Shown piece after piece: positions 1 to 9,399 of a stretch of 64,000 nt of DNA (positions are counted from its first letter, which is position 1; the number at the start of each line of letters is the position of its first letter). Source of the stretch: Dehalococcoidia bacterium (GTDB lineage: Bacteria; Chloroflexota; Dehalococcoidia; Lucifugimonadales; QGNO01). The notes beneath the pieces are model-generated. The model worked only from the letters and a program-made list of their open reading frames with translations. It was not told where the DNA came from and ran no database searches. The position numbers and the translations under genes were made by a program. The stretch lies in the NCBI GenBank assembly GCA_965248955.1, contig OZ252212.1, positions 959,042 to 1,023,041 of the forward strand, read 5' to 3'.

Positions 1-1164
1 CTATCGATATTCGGCTCTGAGTTGTTCGGCAGCTTGGACAATTGCCAGCATCTTCCTGGAGGCAATCTCATGGGTGTTGACGTTTCTTTCGGCGAAGGTG
101 CCAAATCCACAGTCGGGATTGAGGTAGATTTTGTCCGGATCGAAGTATGGCAGGAGCTCCTTTACCCTGGCGACAATCTGCTCCGGAGGTTCTATGTCGT
201 CGGTCCGGGGATTCACCACTCCAAAGCCGATTTCTTTCTCATTGCCGTATTCCTTGAAGACTTCCATCTCGCCAGCCCTAGGCGTAGCGCATTCCAGCAC
301 TAGCTGGTCAATGTTCATCTGGATAAGGTAGGGAAGCATCGGCCCGTAGTTGCCCGTGAGCAGCACCTCTTCCCGCCGGCTCCAGTTGCCGCGGCAGATG
401 TGGACCCCGGTCCTGATTCCAGTGATTCCCTCCGTGGTCTGGTTCATCAGCCGAACCGCAAACTCAAGTTCGTCGGTGGGGTCTCGGCGGTTGGGCAGGG
501 CAGCGCACATGAAGGTCTCTGTGCTTTCCTCTCCAAATACCACCTGGCTGAGGATGGGTTCGTCCAACTGAACAAAGTCGCAGCCCTGGTCCCGTAGGGC
601 GATTATCTCTTCCCGGAGGATGGCCACAACGTCGGCGGCCAAGTCTTCGGGATCAGGGTACACCCGGTCGGAGAGGCCTTCGAACCAGCTGGAGCGGGTC
701 AGCATATAGGGGCCGGGAAGAGGGACCTTGATTTGCCGGTCAGTGTGTTCTCGCATGAAGGCCAATTCATCAAGGGCCAAGCCATGGCGTCTCCCGAGGC
801 GGTCAACCACGATGGCGCTCTTGATGGCAAAGGATGGCACGTCAAGGGCCCGCAACATCTCCTCCATCCTGGCCCGGTCCCGAGAGTGGTCCAGCAACTC
901 TGAGACCTTCATCAGTTGCATCCCGGTCAGCTTGTCCACGGTGAAGGAGTAAAAGTTGTCTCGGCGCTGCTCTCCGTCGCTTATGATATCCACTCCTACC
1001 TCTTCCTGCGCACGGATGCAGGCCAACACTTCGCCGTTGGCCACGGAGTTGAAATCATCCAGTGTGATTTCGCCAGCTTGCCTTCGGCGGAGGGCTCGGA
1101 CTAACTCAGTGGAACGGGGCCAACTTCCAACGACCGTTACTGGGAACAATGGAGCGTATGCCAT
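1..1164 (-). CDS. Cobalamin-independent methionine synthase-like methyltransferase (MetE C-terminal-domain family, short form)
   Basis: Complete 387-aa ORF with its TAG stop at positions 1-3. The N-terminus PVTVVGSWPRS...ISDGEQRR and the C-terminal NPDCGF match the short MetE-type family. Confidence 0.8.
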   Translation of the reverse strand: MAYAPLFPVTVVGSWPRSTELVRALRRRQAGEITLDDFNSVANGEVLACIRAQEEVGVDIISDGEQRRDNFYSFTVDKLTGMQLMKVSELLDHSRDRARMEEMLRALDVPSFAIKSAIVVDRLGRRHGLALDELAFMREHTDRQIKVPLPGPYMLTRSSWFEGLSDRVYPDPEDLAADVVAILREEIIALRDQGCDFVQLDEPILSQVVFGEESTETFMCAALPNRRDPTDELEFAVRLMNQTTEGITGIRTGVHICRGNWSRREEVLLTGNYGPMLPYLIQMNIDQLVLECATPRAGEMEVFKEYGNEKEIGFGVVNPRTDDIEPPEQIVARVKELLPYFDPDKIYLNPDCGFGTFAERNVNTHEIASRKMLAIVQAAEQLRAEYR

Positions 1165-1428
1165 TCGGGTTCCTCCCGGATTCGGGCGCTAAGAAAGTTT
1201 TAGGCCTACCGTAGTGTATCCCAATTTGGAATCCAGGACAAATTGGTAAATCTGCGGGTTCGAGAAGGCAGTGATTGAGAGCGGATGCAGTTCTGGTTCC
1301 GGCCCATCTTTGTAACAGTCCTAATGAAAGTCCCCCAATAAAATGGTGGTCCTCACGCTACAAACTCAGTCCAACTTGGATGTCAGTTTTCGGGGTGTGA
1401 CACTGAGCGATGACCGCTCTGCCTCAGC

Positions 1429-2217
1429 TTAGTCCCACCTAAAAAATCGTGCGCTGGCGGCGACGCAGACCGCCGCTAGTCCTCCCAGATAGGCAAACGA
1501 GACCCAGATAGGCGTGCCGGTAGTCGTCTCCACCTCCCAGGTCCCACCCAGCCAGAGGTAAGTGAGCAGGTCATAGGAGTGCGTCAGCGGCAGCCAGTCA
1601 CCTACGGCGCGGAGGCCAGCGGGGAACGTCTCCCTTGGACCGAATGCCCCGCTCAGCACGAACATGGGGGCGAACAGCGCAAGCCCCAGCCCCAGGGCCG
1701 TTCGAATGTTGCGGATGCGGGCTGTAATGGCCGTACCCAGGGCGGCAAACGCCATGTACGAGACCGCTATCGCCAGCGCCACCATCGACGGGTTGCCGGC
1801 GAAGCGTATCTCGAACACCTGCCATCCCACGACTAGCATGAGAGCCAGAGACGCCACTATTACCGCCGCGCCCACTGCCAGTGGCGCAGCTATGAGCATG
1901 TAGGACGGCATGGGCGTAACCCTATAGCGCCGGAACACCCCGTGTTGGCGGAACTCCACCAGCGTCTGCGGCAACGAGACGATGCCGAAGATCGCCGTCA
2001 CCCAGGCGATGTTCCCCGCGAGCAGAACGTCCCGCACATGGAATAGCTCAGCGACGCCAATGTCCCTGTCCACCTCGATCTCCACGGTGCCAACCGAGAA
2101 TCCCAAGGCCAGAAAGACCGCCAGAGGCAGTACCACCGACAAGAACATTGCGGCAGGCTCGCGCACCGCCAGGAGCAGCTCTGTGTAGATCAGCCAGCGC
2201 ATGGCAGTAGAGTTCAT
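1429..2217 (-). CDS. ABC-2 type exporter permease
   Basis: 262-aa polytopic membrane ORF. Its start overlaps the stop of the upstream ABC ATPase by 4 nt, the typical ABC-2 pair layout. Confidence 0.75.
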   Translation of the reverse strand: MNSTAMRWLIYTELLLAVREPAAMFLSVVLPLAVFLALGFSVGTVEIEVDRDIGVAELFHVRDVLLAGNIAWVTAIFGIVSLPQTLVEFRQHGVFRRYRVTPMPSYMLIAAPLAVGAAVIVASLALMLVVGWQVFEIRFAGNPSMVALAIAVSYMAFAALGTAITARIRNIRTALGLGLALFAPMFVLSGAFGPRETFPAGLRAVGDWLPLTHSYDLLTYLWLGGTWEVETTTGTPIWVSFAYLGGLAAVCVAASARFFRWD

Positions 2218-3155
2218 TCCTGTCCTCCTAGCGGGCCTTCGCTTCCAACGGAGAGAAAGTAGATGTCGTCCAGATTCACGGGCCGCGTCTCGACTACGCC
2301 AGGCGAAACCCCGATCTCGCTCAGGAAGTCAGCGACGGTACCCACAACATTGTCATCCCCATATACGTAGAAGCTCGTCTCAGCTGCGCGGACATGGGCG
2401 ACACCTGTCAATGTCGCAAGTTCGTCCGTTCCTGCGGTCCCGAGTGCCGCTCTCGGCAGGGCGACCCTTGCCGCCAGACCCGACTCAGCTATGAGGCGCT
2501 CCGGGGAGCCGGCCGCCGCGACCCTGCCGTCGTTCATCAGCAGCACCTCGTCACAGTATTCACGCGCTTCCTCCATGTAGTGCGTGGTTGCAACAACCGT
2601 CATGCCGCGGGAGTTCCGCCGCCTGAGGTACTCCCAGAACCGGAATCGGTACTCCGGGTCGAGACCGGTGGTGGGTTCGTCCAGGAACACGATCTCGGGG
2701 TCGCCCACAAGAGCGAGCGCTATGTTGACGCGCCGCTTCTGGCCACCCGATAGCGAGCCGTAGGACTTGGAGACACAGTTATCGAGCCCCAGCTCGTCGC
2801 TGAGCTCCGACAGGGAGATGGATGTCCAGTAGAGTGCGGCGAATAGGCGCAGCGCCTCCCGCACCCTCATACGCGGGGGGACTCCTATCTCCTGCAGTTG
2901 CACTCCAATCCTGTGGACGAACTTGGCGCGGTCGGCTATGGGATCCAGTCCGCCGACGAGGACCGAGCCGTCATCTGGCTGGCGCAACCCTTCAAGACAC
3001 TCGATCGTGGTGGTCTTGCCAGCGCCATTTGGACCGATCATGCAGAAGATACTCCCGCGCTCTACCGTGAAGCTCACGTCGTCCACAGCCACCACGTGTC
3101 CATACGTCTTTCGCAGTGACGCCACCTGGACCGCGAGGTCATGCGAAGTCCCCAT
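2214..3155 (-). CDS. ABC transporter ATP-binding protein
   Basis: Walker A GPNGAGKTT, signature LSGGQKRR and Walker B IVFLDEP. I placed the start at MGTSHD because GGAGG lies 9 nt upstream; the ORF track extends to 3182. Confidence 0.9.
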   Translation of the reverse strand: MGTSHDLAVQVASLRKTYGHVVAVDDVSFTVERGSIFCMIGPNGAGKTTTIECLEGLRQPDDGSVLVGGLDPIADRAKFVHRIGVQLQEIGVPPRMRVREALRLFAALYWTSISLSELSDELGLDNCVSKSYGSLSGGQKRRVNIALALVGDPEIVFLDEPTTGLDPEYRFRFWEYLRRRNSRGMTVVATTHYMEEAREYCDEVLLMNDGRVAAAGSPERLIAESGLAARVALPRAALGTAGTDELATLTGVAHVRAAETSFYVYGDDNVVGTVADFLSEIGVSPGVVETRPVNLDDIYFLSVGSEGPLGGQE

Positions 3156-3343
3156 GTTGATGTACCTCCTTACAAGTTCCAAGAGATGTTGCTGTACAAA
3201 CTACTTTGCGATACAATCATATCCTCGGGACACGGGGAGAGTCAACACGGATGACGTCGGGGCTTCAAGTCATTCAAATTGATTAGTAGAGCAAATTAAA
3301 CCGCTAGATCCCGAACCGAGCACTGGAAGGCAGGAGGTGCTGC

Positions 3344-3979
3344 ATGCAAAGATCGGACAGCGAGAATACCGCGCTCACACCACAGGAGAGCTGGCGAACG
3401 ATCCACGAGTCGATGGACAGATCCCGGAGCTCCATGTATGTCGCCGGGTCAGCGACGATATTGCTTTTATGGGCCTCTATTGTAGCGGTGGGATCCGGAT
3501 CTCAGTACGCCATCATAACGCTGGCATCCGAGTTCGCCGATCGCAACCCATGGATCTTCGGGGCACTATGGGGGGTCCTGATGGTGCCGGGCATGGTCGG
3601 GAGCGCGATCATAGGACGCCGCGCCGGCAGGAAGATCGCAGCCGGCGACGCCGCTCGCAGCGCTGGCATTCGGGTGTTCCTCTACTGGCTCGCAGTGGTT
3701 GTGGCGGTGTTCCTCATCCCGGCGGCAGCGGGAATGTGGAATGCCGAAGCCGGGGACAACATACCGGGCGTCGCCGTGGGCATAGTGTCCCTGGCATACA
3801 TCCTGTTCGGCATCATGCATCGCCCGGTGTTGGCGGCGGTGGGCGCGGGGTTCGCGGCAGCGTTCTACATTCCCAACTACCTCGTGGACGGCAACGAGGC
3901 TATGTTGGTGTCGGGGGCATTGATGCTGGTAGTGGTGGTCCTAGGTGCGTGGTGGATACGCACGAGCGGGGTCCATTGA
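3344..3979 (+). CDS. Hypothetical integral membrane protein
   Basis: 211-aa ORF with about five hydrophobic helices. It overlaps the start of the downstream wHTH regulator. Confidence 0.55.
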   Translation: MQRSDSENTALTPQESWRTIHESMDRSRSSMYVAGSATILLLWASIVAVGSGSQYAIITLASEFADRNPWIFGALWGVLMVPGMVGSAIIGRRAGRKIAAGDAARSAGIRVFLYWLAVVVAVFLIPAAAGMWNAEAGDNIPGVAVGIVSLAYILFGIMHRPVLAAVGAGFAAAFYIPNYLVDGNEAMLVSGALMLVVVVLGAWWIRTSGVH

Positions 3980-4290
3980 CCGACGAACCCATCGTCCTCG
4001 ACGAGACCATTCATCAGTCCACTCGGCTGCGAATAATGACTATGCTGGTCTCCCAGCCGGAAACGGGCCGGCTCGCCTACGGGTTCGTTCAGAAGACTCT
4101 CGACCTGACCGGGGGAAACCTGACCACCCACCTGCGCAAGCTTGAAGACGCCGGCTATCTGGTCATCACGAAAGAGTTCCAGGACTTGAAGCCGCGCACG
4201 TGGCTTAAGGCGACACCGATGGGACGCCGCGCATTCGCCGAATACCTCTCCAACCTGGAGAAGGCCCTGAGCTGGCAGCCTTGGGCATAG
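3949..4290 (+). CDS. Winged-helix transcriptional regulator (ArsR/MarR-like)
   Basis: The C-terminal ~113 aa of the 3337..4290 frame read as a wHTH: STRLRIMTMLV...LTGGNLTTHLRKLEDAGYLVITKE. A GTG start is available at 3949 or 3952. The upstream part of that frame is a shadow of the membrane protein ORF. Confidence 0.7.
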   Translation: MVDTHERGPLTDEPIVLDETIHQSTRLRIMTMLVSQPETGRLAYGFVQKTLDLTGGNLTTHLRKLEDAGYLVITKEFQDLKPRTWLKATPMGRRAFAEYLSNLEKALSWQPWA

Positions 4291-4315
4291 ACCACCCAGA
4301 ATGTACTGTGCCCAT

Positions 4316-4452
4316 GACTCCACCTGAGAAGGTTCGAACCGCTGATCAAAGCCCAGACTGCATACTAGTTGTCGATCCGCGTATACTTGGCTGCCGCATC
4401 CAAATCGACCGCCCACGAGTACCGCAGTTTTTCGTTGCGATCAATTCGTTAA
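4316..4452 (-). repeat. Dispersed repeat family, copy 1 (long form, ~135 nt)
   Basis: Plus strand reads ccacctgagaaggttcgaacc ... gtcgatccgc-loop-gcatccaaatcgac cgcccacgagtaccgcagtttttcg. A 37-nt stretch is identical to copy 2 in inverted orientation. It lies directly 3' of the agmatinase-family stop codon. Confidence 0.85.
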
Positions 4453-4469
4453 TCGTACAACAGGCGCGG

Positions 4470-5474
4470 CTACACCTTGACCGTGTCAAACAGCCAGGGA
4501 TGCAGGATCTTGAGCAGACCTGAGGCAGCAATCTTAACTGTCTGTGCAGAAGAGTCCCACTCGGGAGATACCTCGCAGAGATCAATCGCTCCCATAGCCT
4601 TGTAAAGGCTCAACATATCCATGGCCTCGAAGAACTCCGGCACGGTGATACCGCCAAACTCAGGGGCGCCGGTTCCCGGCGATTCATGGGCGTCTATCAC
4701 GTCGATATCAATGCTCACGTACACCGCGTCTACCCCGTCTGCCGCCACGTCCATGGCTTCCTTCATAACTTCGGCTATTCCTCTTTCACGGACACTCTTC
4801 GCCGTGAGCATCTTCAAGGAATGTTCCCTCTTTAGGCGGTGTTGGTCTATGGTTAACCCAGAATTGAGGCCGACCCAACTCAGGTTCTTATACGAGACTA
4901 TAGGATTCTCGCTTACGCGTCGCACCATTGTCCCGTGGTGGTATCGGCCTCCCAAAGAGTTGCCATCCTGAAAATCGGAATGCGCATCGATGTGGATGTA
5001 GCCGAGGCGTGCTCCTTCCGTTCTCTCGGCGATGCCTTTGGCGAATCCCTCAAAGGAGGGATAAGCAACGTAGTGGTCTCCTCCCATTACCACCGAAAAG
5101 CCGCCTCGTCTTACGACCTCGTACACTCCCTCCTTAACCGACTCCGTTGTCTTCATCAGGTCTGTGGGGTAGATGTTGAAATCACCAATATCCGCTATCA
5201 TGGGCAGGTTCTTGAGGTGGGTTCCAACCCCAGTATCCACATCCACTCGCGTGTTTTCCGGTGAAACGTCATAGCCTGCTCTGTTGTGCAGGGATGCCTC
5301 TCGAATGGACCTGGGGCCAAACCGGGCTCCAGGTCTTCCTGAGTATATCCCGTTGTCGATAGGCACCCCCGACACCACGGCAGTACCCTCAACGATTTCG
5401 TCGAACTCGACTTGGGGCGCTCGAAAGAAGGAGACGGGGCCCCCGTAATATGGCATGGCATCTCTCTCGTACAT
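4470..5474 (-). CDS. Agmatinase/arginase-family ureohydrolase
   Basis: 334-aa ORF with the Mn-binding motifs GGDH, IHIDAHSD and SIDIDVID. Confidence 0.85.
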   Translation of the reverse strand: MYERDAMPYYGGPVSFFRAPQVEFDEIVEGTAVVSGVPIDNGIYSGRPGARFGPRSIREASLHNRAGYDVSPENTRVDVDTGVGTHLKNLPMIADIGDFNIYPTDLMKTTESVKEGVYEVVRRGGFSVVMGGDHYVAYPSFEGFAKGIAERTEGARLGYIHIDAHSDFQDGNSLGGRYHHGTMVRRVSENPIVSYKNLSWVGLNSGLTIDQHRLKREHSLKMLTAKSVRERGIAEVMKEAMDVAADGVDAVYVSIDIDVIDAHESPGTGAPEFGGITVPEFFEAMDMLSLYKAMGAIDLCEVSPEWDSSAQTVKIAASGLLKILHPWLFDTVKV

Positions 5475-5800
5475 AAGGTCATCTCCCTTCCCTGTCCACT
5501 ATAGCGTCGAGTCCTGACATTAGCACCGGTAATTGGGCAGGGTCAACGTGGCTTGGGTCTGAAACTGCTGACATCTTGCGAGAAATAGTTCAGGTGGTGT
5601 CGTAGTTGGGCTGGCAGGACGTGAGGAAGCATCTCCCTGCATTGTGGTTAGACGCGGGGGATTGGCGCAGTTTCTGCGATGGACAGAACCATCTTCGAGA
5701 TGTGGATGGGGCTTTCAAGCCACCGACCCCCTGATTTCAATCATATTCGCATAGTTCGTACCCTAGACAGACGCAGGAAGCCGGAGGATCATCTCTCCAC

Positions 5801-7600
5801 TCAGTGGGAGAGGTGATCGGCTTCCTGCTCGCAGAAGAGCCGCCGCTCGCTTGGGTAAACGCCGTCAATCAGCACTCTGTGAACGTGGCTGTTAACGCAG
5901 TTATTCTGAGGGTAGACACCGTGCGAAAAGTGAGAGGTCTCCAGCAGATAGCCATTGCTGAGCGTGTCGGATACGAGCTCTTCGGATTCGCTGAAGGGAG
6001 TAAATGGATCGGAGTGGTTGCCGATCACCAGTATCGGCACTCCTCCACCGTCAAGAGGCACCTCCAGAGGGTCGGGGGCGAACTGGTCGTAGAACGGGCA
6101 GGGGCTGGGGAACTGGGGGTCTACTAACGCCAGTAAGGGGAACATTTCCTCTATAGTGGCGTTAATGACTACAGAGTCATCCAGCAGGGTGGTGCGGTCC
6201 AATTCCGGGTACAAGACCCAGTGATCCAGGCAATTGACGTGGGAAGTAAACCTTGCAGCCGTGGGTTCCGAGCCCAGTTGTATCCTGGCAAAATCTAGAA
6301 GAGTAGATGGGTCATCTCTCTCTTTGAGTTCAAACAGACCCCGCCACAGATCAGGCCATGTCTCTTCACTGTACAGGGTCGAGATCACCCCATAAAAGCC
6401 TGCCAGTGGATGATTATCCGCCACAGCATTGACAAGGCCCAGTTTCGCAACGGCCTGCCTGAAGTAGCCAACCGGGTCTCCGTCGTTGTATATGGGGCAC
6501 AGCGGATCAGTGCAAGCGATGAGCGCTTGTTCGAGAGAGTCTTCAATGGGTACGACCTCCTCGATTACCTCGTCAATCCGTTCCTGCTGAGTAGTGGCGG
6601 GGTCGACCGAGTTGTCGGCGCCGTCAACAACCATTGCCCTAACTGACTCGGGGAAGAGGGTTGCGTACCAGACCCCCAACGCCGATCCATAGGAGAATCC
6701 CAGGTAGGAGATCTGATCAGCACCCAGAGCCTTGCGTATTTCATCCATGTCTTTGGCGACGTATTGGCTGTGTAGCAGGCCGCCGATCGGCCCCATTGAT
6801 TGAATGCACAGGTTGGCCGCCGCTTCGCCGGCCGCTATCTCGTGGGGAGTATCTATGTTCCCGTCAATCGCGGCAAGCAGCCCTATCTGCTGACCGGGGT
6901 CGCCGCAGGCGAATGCAGGCTCGGACTCCCCTACCCCGCGTGGGTCGAAGCCGACGATGTCGAAGTGGGTGACGATTTCATCCGTGAACAGTCCGAATGG
7001 GAGATGGTGGACCAACTCTACACCGCTCGTGCCCGGACCGCCGGGATTAACGAACAGATAGCCTATCCGTTCGCGCGGCGACGTGGCTCGGTGCACGTTG
7101 ACCGCTATTCTGATGCTGCCTGCCTCTGGGTCCCTGTAGTCTGTGGGGACTTTTACAAATCCGCACTCGAGCTCGAATAATCCGCACCGGATCCAGTTTA
7201 TCCGCTCTCCTGCTGGGGTAGACTCAGGTTCGACTGCCGAGGTAGGAGCAGCTGGGAGAAGGGGTAGCCGAGTTGGCATTGGAGTAGCAGTTGGGTTGGA
7301 CGTGGGCATTGGAGTCGAAGCAGGTGTCGCCGTCGGCACCGCCGTAACCTCAGGCACTGGCGTGGGTGGCTGAGTTGGTGTTGGAGCAATGGACGGGACA
7401 GGCGAGGGCGTTTGGGTCAAAGCAAGTGTCGCCGTCTGCTCCGTGGTTAACTCCGGTATTGGTGTTTGAGATGGCTTGGGCATAGAGTCGCGACAGGCTA
7501 GATTAGCCGTTATAACCAGAGCCAAGATGCCGACGACGAAATACTTCTTCAATTCCTTACCCACAGCCTTCAGTGTCTCCTCTTCTTTGCAGCCCCGCAA
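5801..7600 (-). CDS. Secreted alpha/beta hydrolase (tripeptidyl-aminopeptidase-like) lipoprotein with Thr/Pro linker
   Basis: Signal peptide with lipobox ITANLAC, about 90 aa of TP-rich linker, and the nucleophile elbow GFSYGS. Confidence 0.75.
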   Translation of the reverse strand: MRGCKEEETLKAVGKELKKYFVVGILALVITANLACRDSMPKPSQTPIPELTTEQTATLALTQTPSPVPSIAPTPTQPPTPVPEVTAVPTATPASTPMPTSNPTATPMPTRLPLLPAAPTSAVEPESTPAGERINWIRCGLFELECGFVKVPTDYRDPEAGSIRIAVNVHRATSPRERIGYLFVNPGGPGTSGVELVHHLPFGLFTDEIVTHFDIVGFDPRGVGESEPAFACGDPGQQIGLLAAIDGNIDTPHEIAAGEAAANLCIQSMGPIGGLLHSQYVAKDMDEIRKALGADQISYLGFSYGSALGVWYATLFPESVRAMVVDGADNSVDPATTQQERIDEVIEEVVPIEDSLEQALIACTDPLCPIYNDGDPVGYFRQAVAKLGLVNAVADNHPLAGFYGVISTLYSEETWPDLWRGLFELKERDDPSTLLDFARIQLGSEPTAARFTSHVNCLDHWVLYPELDRTTLLDDSVVINATIEEMFPLLALVDPQFPSPCPFYDQFAPDPLEVPLDGGGVPILVIGNHSDPFTPFSESEELVSDTLSNGYLLETSHFSHGVYPQNNCVNSHVHRVLIDGVYPSERRLFCEQEADHLSH

Positions 7601-7883
7601 CCCTGCCTGATGTACGGTACACTCTGGCCCACCAGTTTATGCCTAAAGCCATAAAGCACTCGAACTCGTCCGCTGCGTTCACTCCAGCTTTCGCATTTCG
7701 CAGCTGGCATACTATTCGCGGAAGCCGCCGTCATTCGAGTTCTTCTCTGTATTCACACGGCGTAAACCGACTATCCGGCTGGCCTACTACGAGGAGTAGG
7801 GCGGCCCCGTCTACTGACTGTCGATCAGCGCCTCAATCCGCTCCAGTATGTCGGTCATTCGGGCAACTCCGTGTCGGATGTAC

Positions 7884-8573
7884 CTATACGGACCACTCTT
7901 CCATCCTGTACGCGGCGTCCCAGAACATGTACTCGTACTTGCTGTTCGAGACAAAAATCTGTGCCAGATGCTCCCGCTGCTCCTCGCCGAGGCCCTGCGC
8001 AGTGCGATCCATGAACGAACGAAGCCACTCGGCCAGTTCGCCGAATTCGGGCGAGCTGTACATCTCGATCCACCGGCAGTAGAGGGGATGATCCGCAGGC
8101 TTGCCCCGCGCCTCCAGGGCCTGCCCTATCTCCGCGTATCCCCAGGAGCATGGCAAGAGAGTAGCCGCAATCTCACCGATCGTGCCCGAGTGCGCATTGG
8201 AGAGCATGTGATTAGTGTACGCGAGGGTCGTGGGCGATAGTTGGGTTGCCAGGAGCTCAGATTCTGATATGCCAAAGTCCTGACAGAAGCTAACGTGTAG
8301 GGCCATCTCTGTGTTCAGCGTCTCGTGGAGCAGTCTCGCGAACCAGCCCATGTCGTCGAGAGAGTCTGCCTTGGCGGCGGCCATGGCAATAACGCGGCAG
8401 AAGTCGATCAGGAACAGGTAGTCCTGTCTCATATACCATTGGAATTTCTCCAGAGGAAGCGTACCATCTCCGAGCTCAACTACGAACGGGTGCCGATGCT
8501 CCATCTTCCAGATGCCCGAAGCGCGGTCTCTCAGAATGTCGCTGAACTTGGTCACTCGCAGATTGTTCCTCAT
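7884..8573 (-). CDS. tenA: TenA-family thiaminase II / aminopyrimidine aminohydrolase
   Basis: 229-aa ORF. HPFVVELGDGTLPLEKFQWYMRQDYLFL is typical of the TenA/PqqC-like fold. Confidence 0.85.
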   Translation of the reverse strand: MRNNLRVTKFSDILRDRASGIWKMEHRHPFVVELGDGTLPLEKFQWYMRQDYLFLIDFCRVIAMAAAKADSLDDMGWFARLLHETLNTEMALHVSFCQDFGISESELLATQLSPTTLAYTNHMLSNAHSGTIGEIAATLLPCSWGYAEIGQALEARGKPADHPLYCRWIEMYSSPEFGELAEWLRSFMDRTAQGLGEEQREHLAQIFVSNSKYEYMFWDAAYRMEEWSV

Positions 8574-8595
8574 CGGGGATTGCGGGGACGTCTAA

Positions 8596-8853
8596 TTATT
8601 CACCGATTCTGCTCGCATTGCAACGGGCCCGCAGGTCATCAATGGCGAAACGTACATCGATCCCTAGACCCCTACTCCATGCCGCCTCAGCTGCCCCCAG
8701 CGACATGGCACTACATCCACAGAACAAATATACTACTCCCAACTGAGGCCGAAGTTTCTCGAAAGGAGGACGTTCGGAGCGAAGCCAGGGATCTCTGTCT
8801 TGGGTTGTGCCTACATCTTTAGAGCTGGGCGGTAGGGCAGCGCTTCTAGTCAT
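8596..8853 (-). pseudogene. N-terminal fragment of a C5 DNA methyltransferase-like gene
   Basis: VVYLFCGCSAMSLGAAEA...RFAIDDLRARCNA resembles motif I and the start of Dcm-type MTases. Only about 50 aa are present, and the ORF runs into the tenA upstream region. Confidence 0.35.
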
Positions 8854-8897
8854 CTCGGGCTCTTCCTGTCTATGCTACTTCGGTCGAGCAAGCATAT

Positions 8898-9062
8898 ATG
8901 TTCGCGGAACGTGGGTGGACGCGATCCAGAGCATGTGACAGACTTACAGAGCCAAGCCCCGCCGAGCTGTGCGACGCCTTCTGTGCGGGACGGCGAGACT
9001 TCGAATTCTACCTGCCGATGGTGATGTCGGCCAACAGCGTACTCGACGTCGGCTGCGGGACC
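8898..9062 (+). pseudogene. N-terminal fragment of a class I SAM-dependent methyltransferase
   Basis: The sequence ends at the SAM-binding motif VLDVGCGT. Similarity stops abruptly at about 9062. Confidence 0.4.
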
Positions 9063-9076
9063 TCAGAAAAGAGGAT

Positions 9077-9193
9077 ATGGCCAAGCCTAATCCAGAATAT
9101 CAGCGGGGAGTCGTATGGACATCCGATCAGCAGATGAAGCTGATTGATTCAGTGATGCGAGGATATCAGCTGCCGATCATATACATGCACTGG
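9077..9193 (+). pseudogene. N-terminal fragment of a DUF262 (GmrSD/ParB-like nuclease) gene
   Basis: PEYQRGVVWTSDQQMKLIDSVMRGYQLPIIY matches the DUF262 signature. Only about 39 aa are present before the frame becomes a different protein. Confidence 0.5.
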
Positions 9194-9355
9194 GCCTTCA
9201 GCGAGCAGGACATGGCTGCGATGAAGCGGCTGCGGGCGGCCTTCTGCCCCGATGCAGGCTTCAACCCCGGCAATATTTTCCCTGACGAGGCTCAGCCGCA
9301 CCGGGAGTCGGAATTACATAAGCCCGTGCCCCAGGCCTCTGGGATGTATGTCTAG
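9194..9355 (+). pseudogene. C-terminal fragment of an FAD-linked oxidase (GlcD-like) gene
   Basis: MKRLRAAFCPDAGFNPGNIFP is the typical C-terminal tail of FAD-binding oxidases. It is fused in frame to the DUF262 fragment. Confidence 0.45.
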
Positions 9356-9399
9356 CGCCCGGATGGAACGGCAATTTCGGATTTCACCAGGAGAGAAAC

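Noticed and set aside
1165-1428. Riboswitch (SAM or cobalamin) in the 264-nt leader of the MetE-like gene
   Set aside because: Reading the minus-strand leader, I could not find a B12 box or SAM-I/II/IV core motifs. A covariance-model scan would be needed to be sure.
3337-3948. N-terminal 200 aa of the 317-aa ORF 3337..4290
   Set aside because: This part is Arg/Gly-rich and overlaps the clearly hydrophobic membrane-protein frame at 3344..3979. Only the last ~113 aa (wHTH) look real.
4325-4345. tRNA-like T-loop boxes (GGTTCGAACC here; similar at 14000-14012, 10811-10822 and 25036-25048)
   Set aside because: The flanking bases cannot form a 5-bp T-stem or an acceptor stem, and no cloverleaf can be drawn. 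The boxes are part of the dispersed repeat. A tRNA-3'-end origin cannot be excluded.
7740-7845. Possible degenerate extra copy of the dispersed repeat (aaaccgactatccggctgg...ctactacgaggagtagggcgg)
   Set aside because: Only short patches resemble the family and the invariant core is missing, so I did not count it.
8574-8720. TPP riboswitch upstream of tenA
   Set aside because: There is no CTGAGA...ACCTGATCTGGATAATGCCAGCG-type core on the minus strand. The region is instead occupied by the MTase-like stub.
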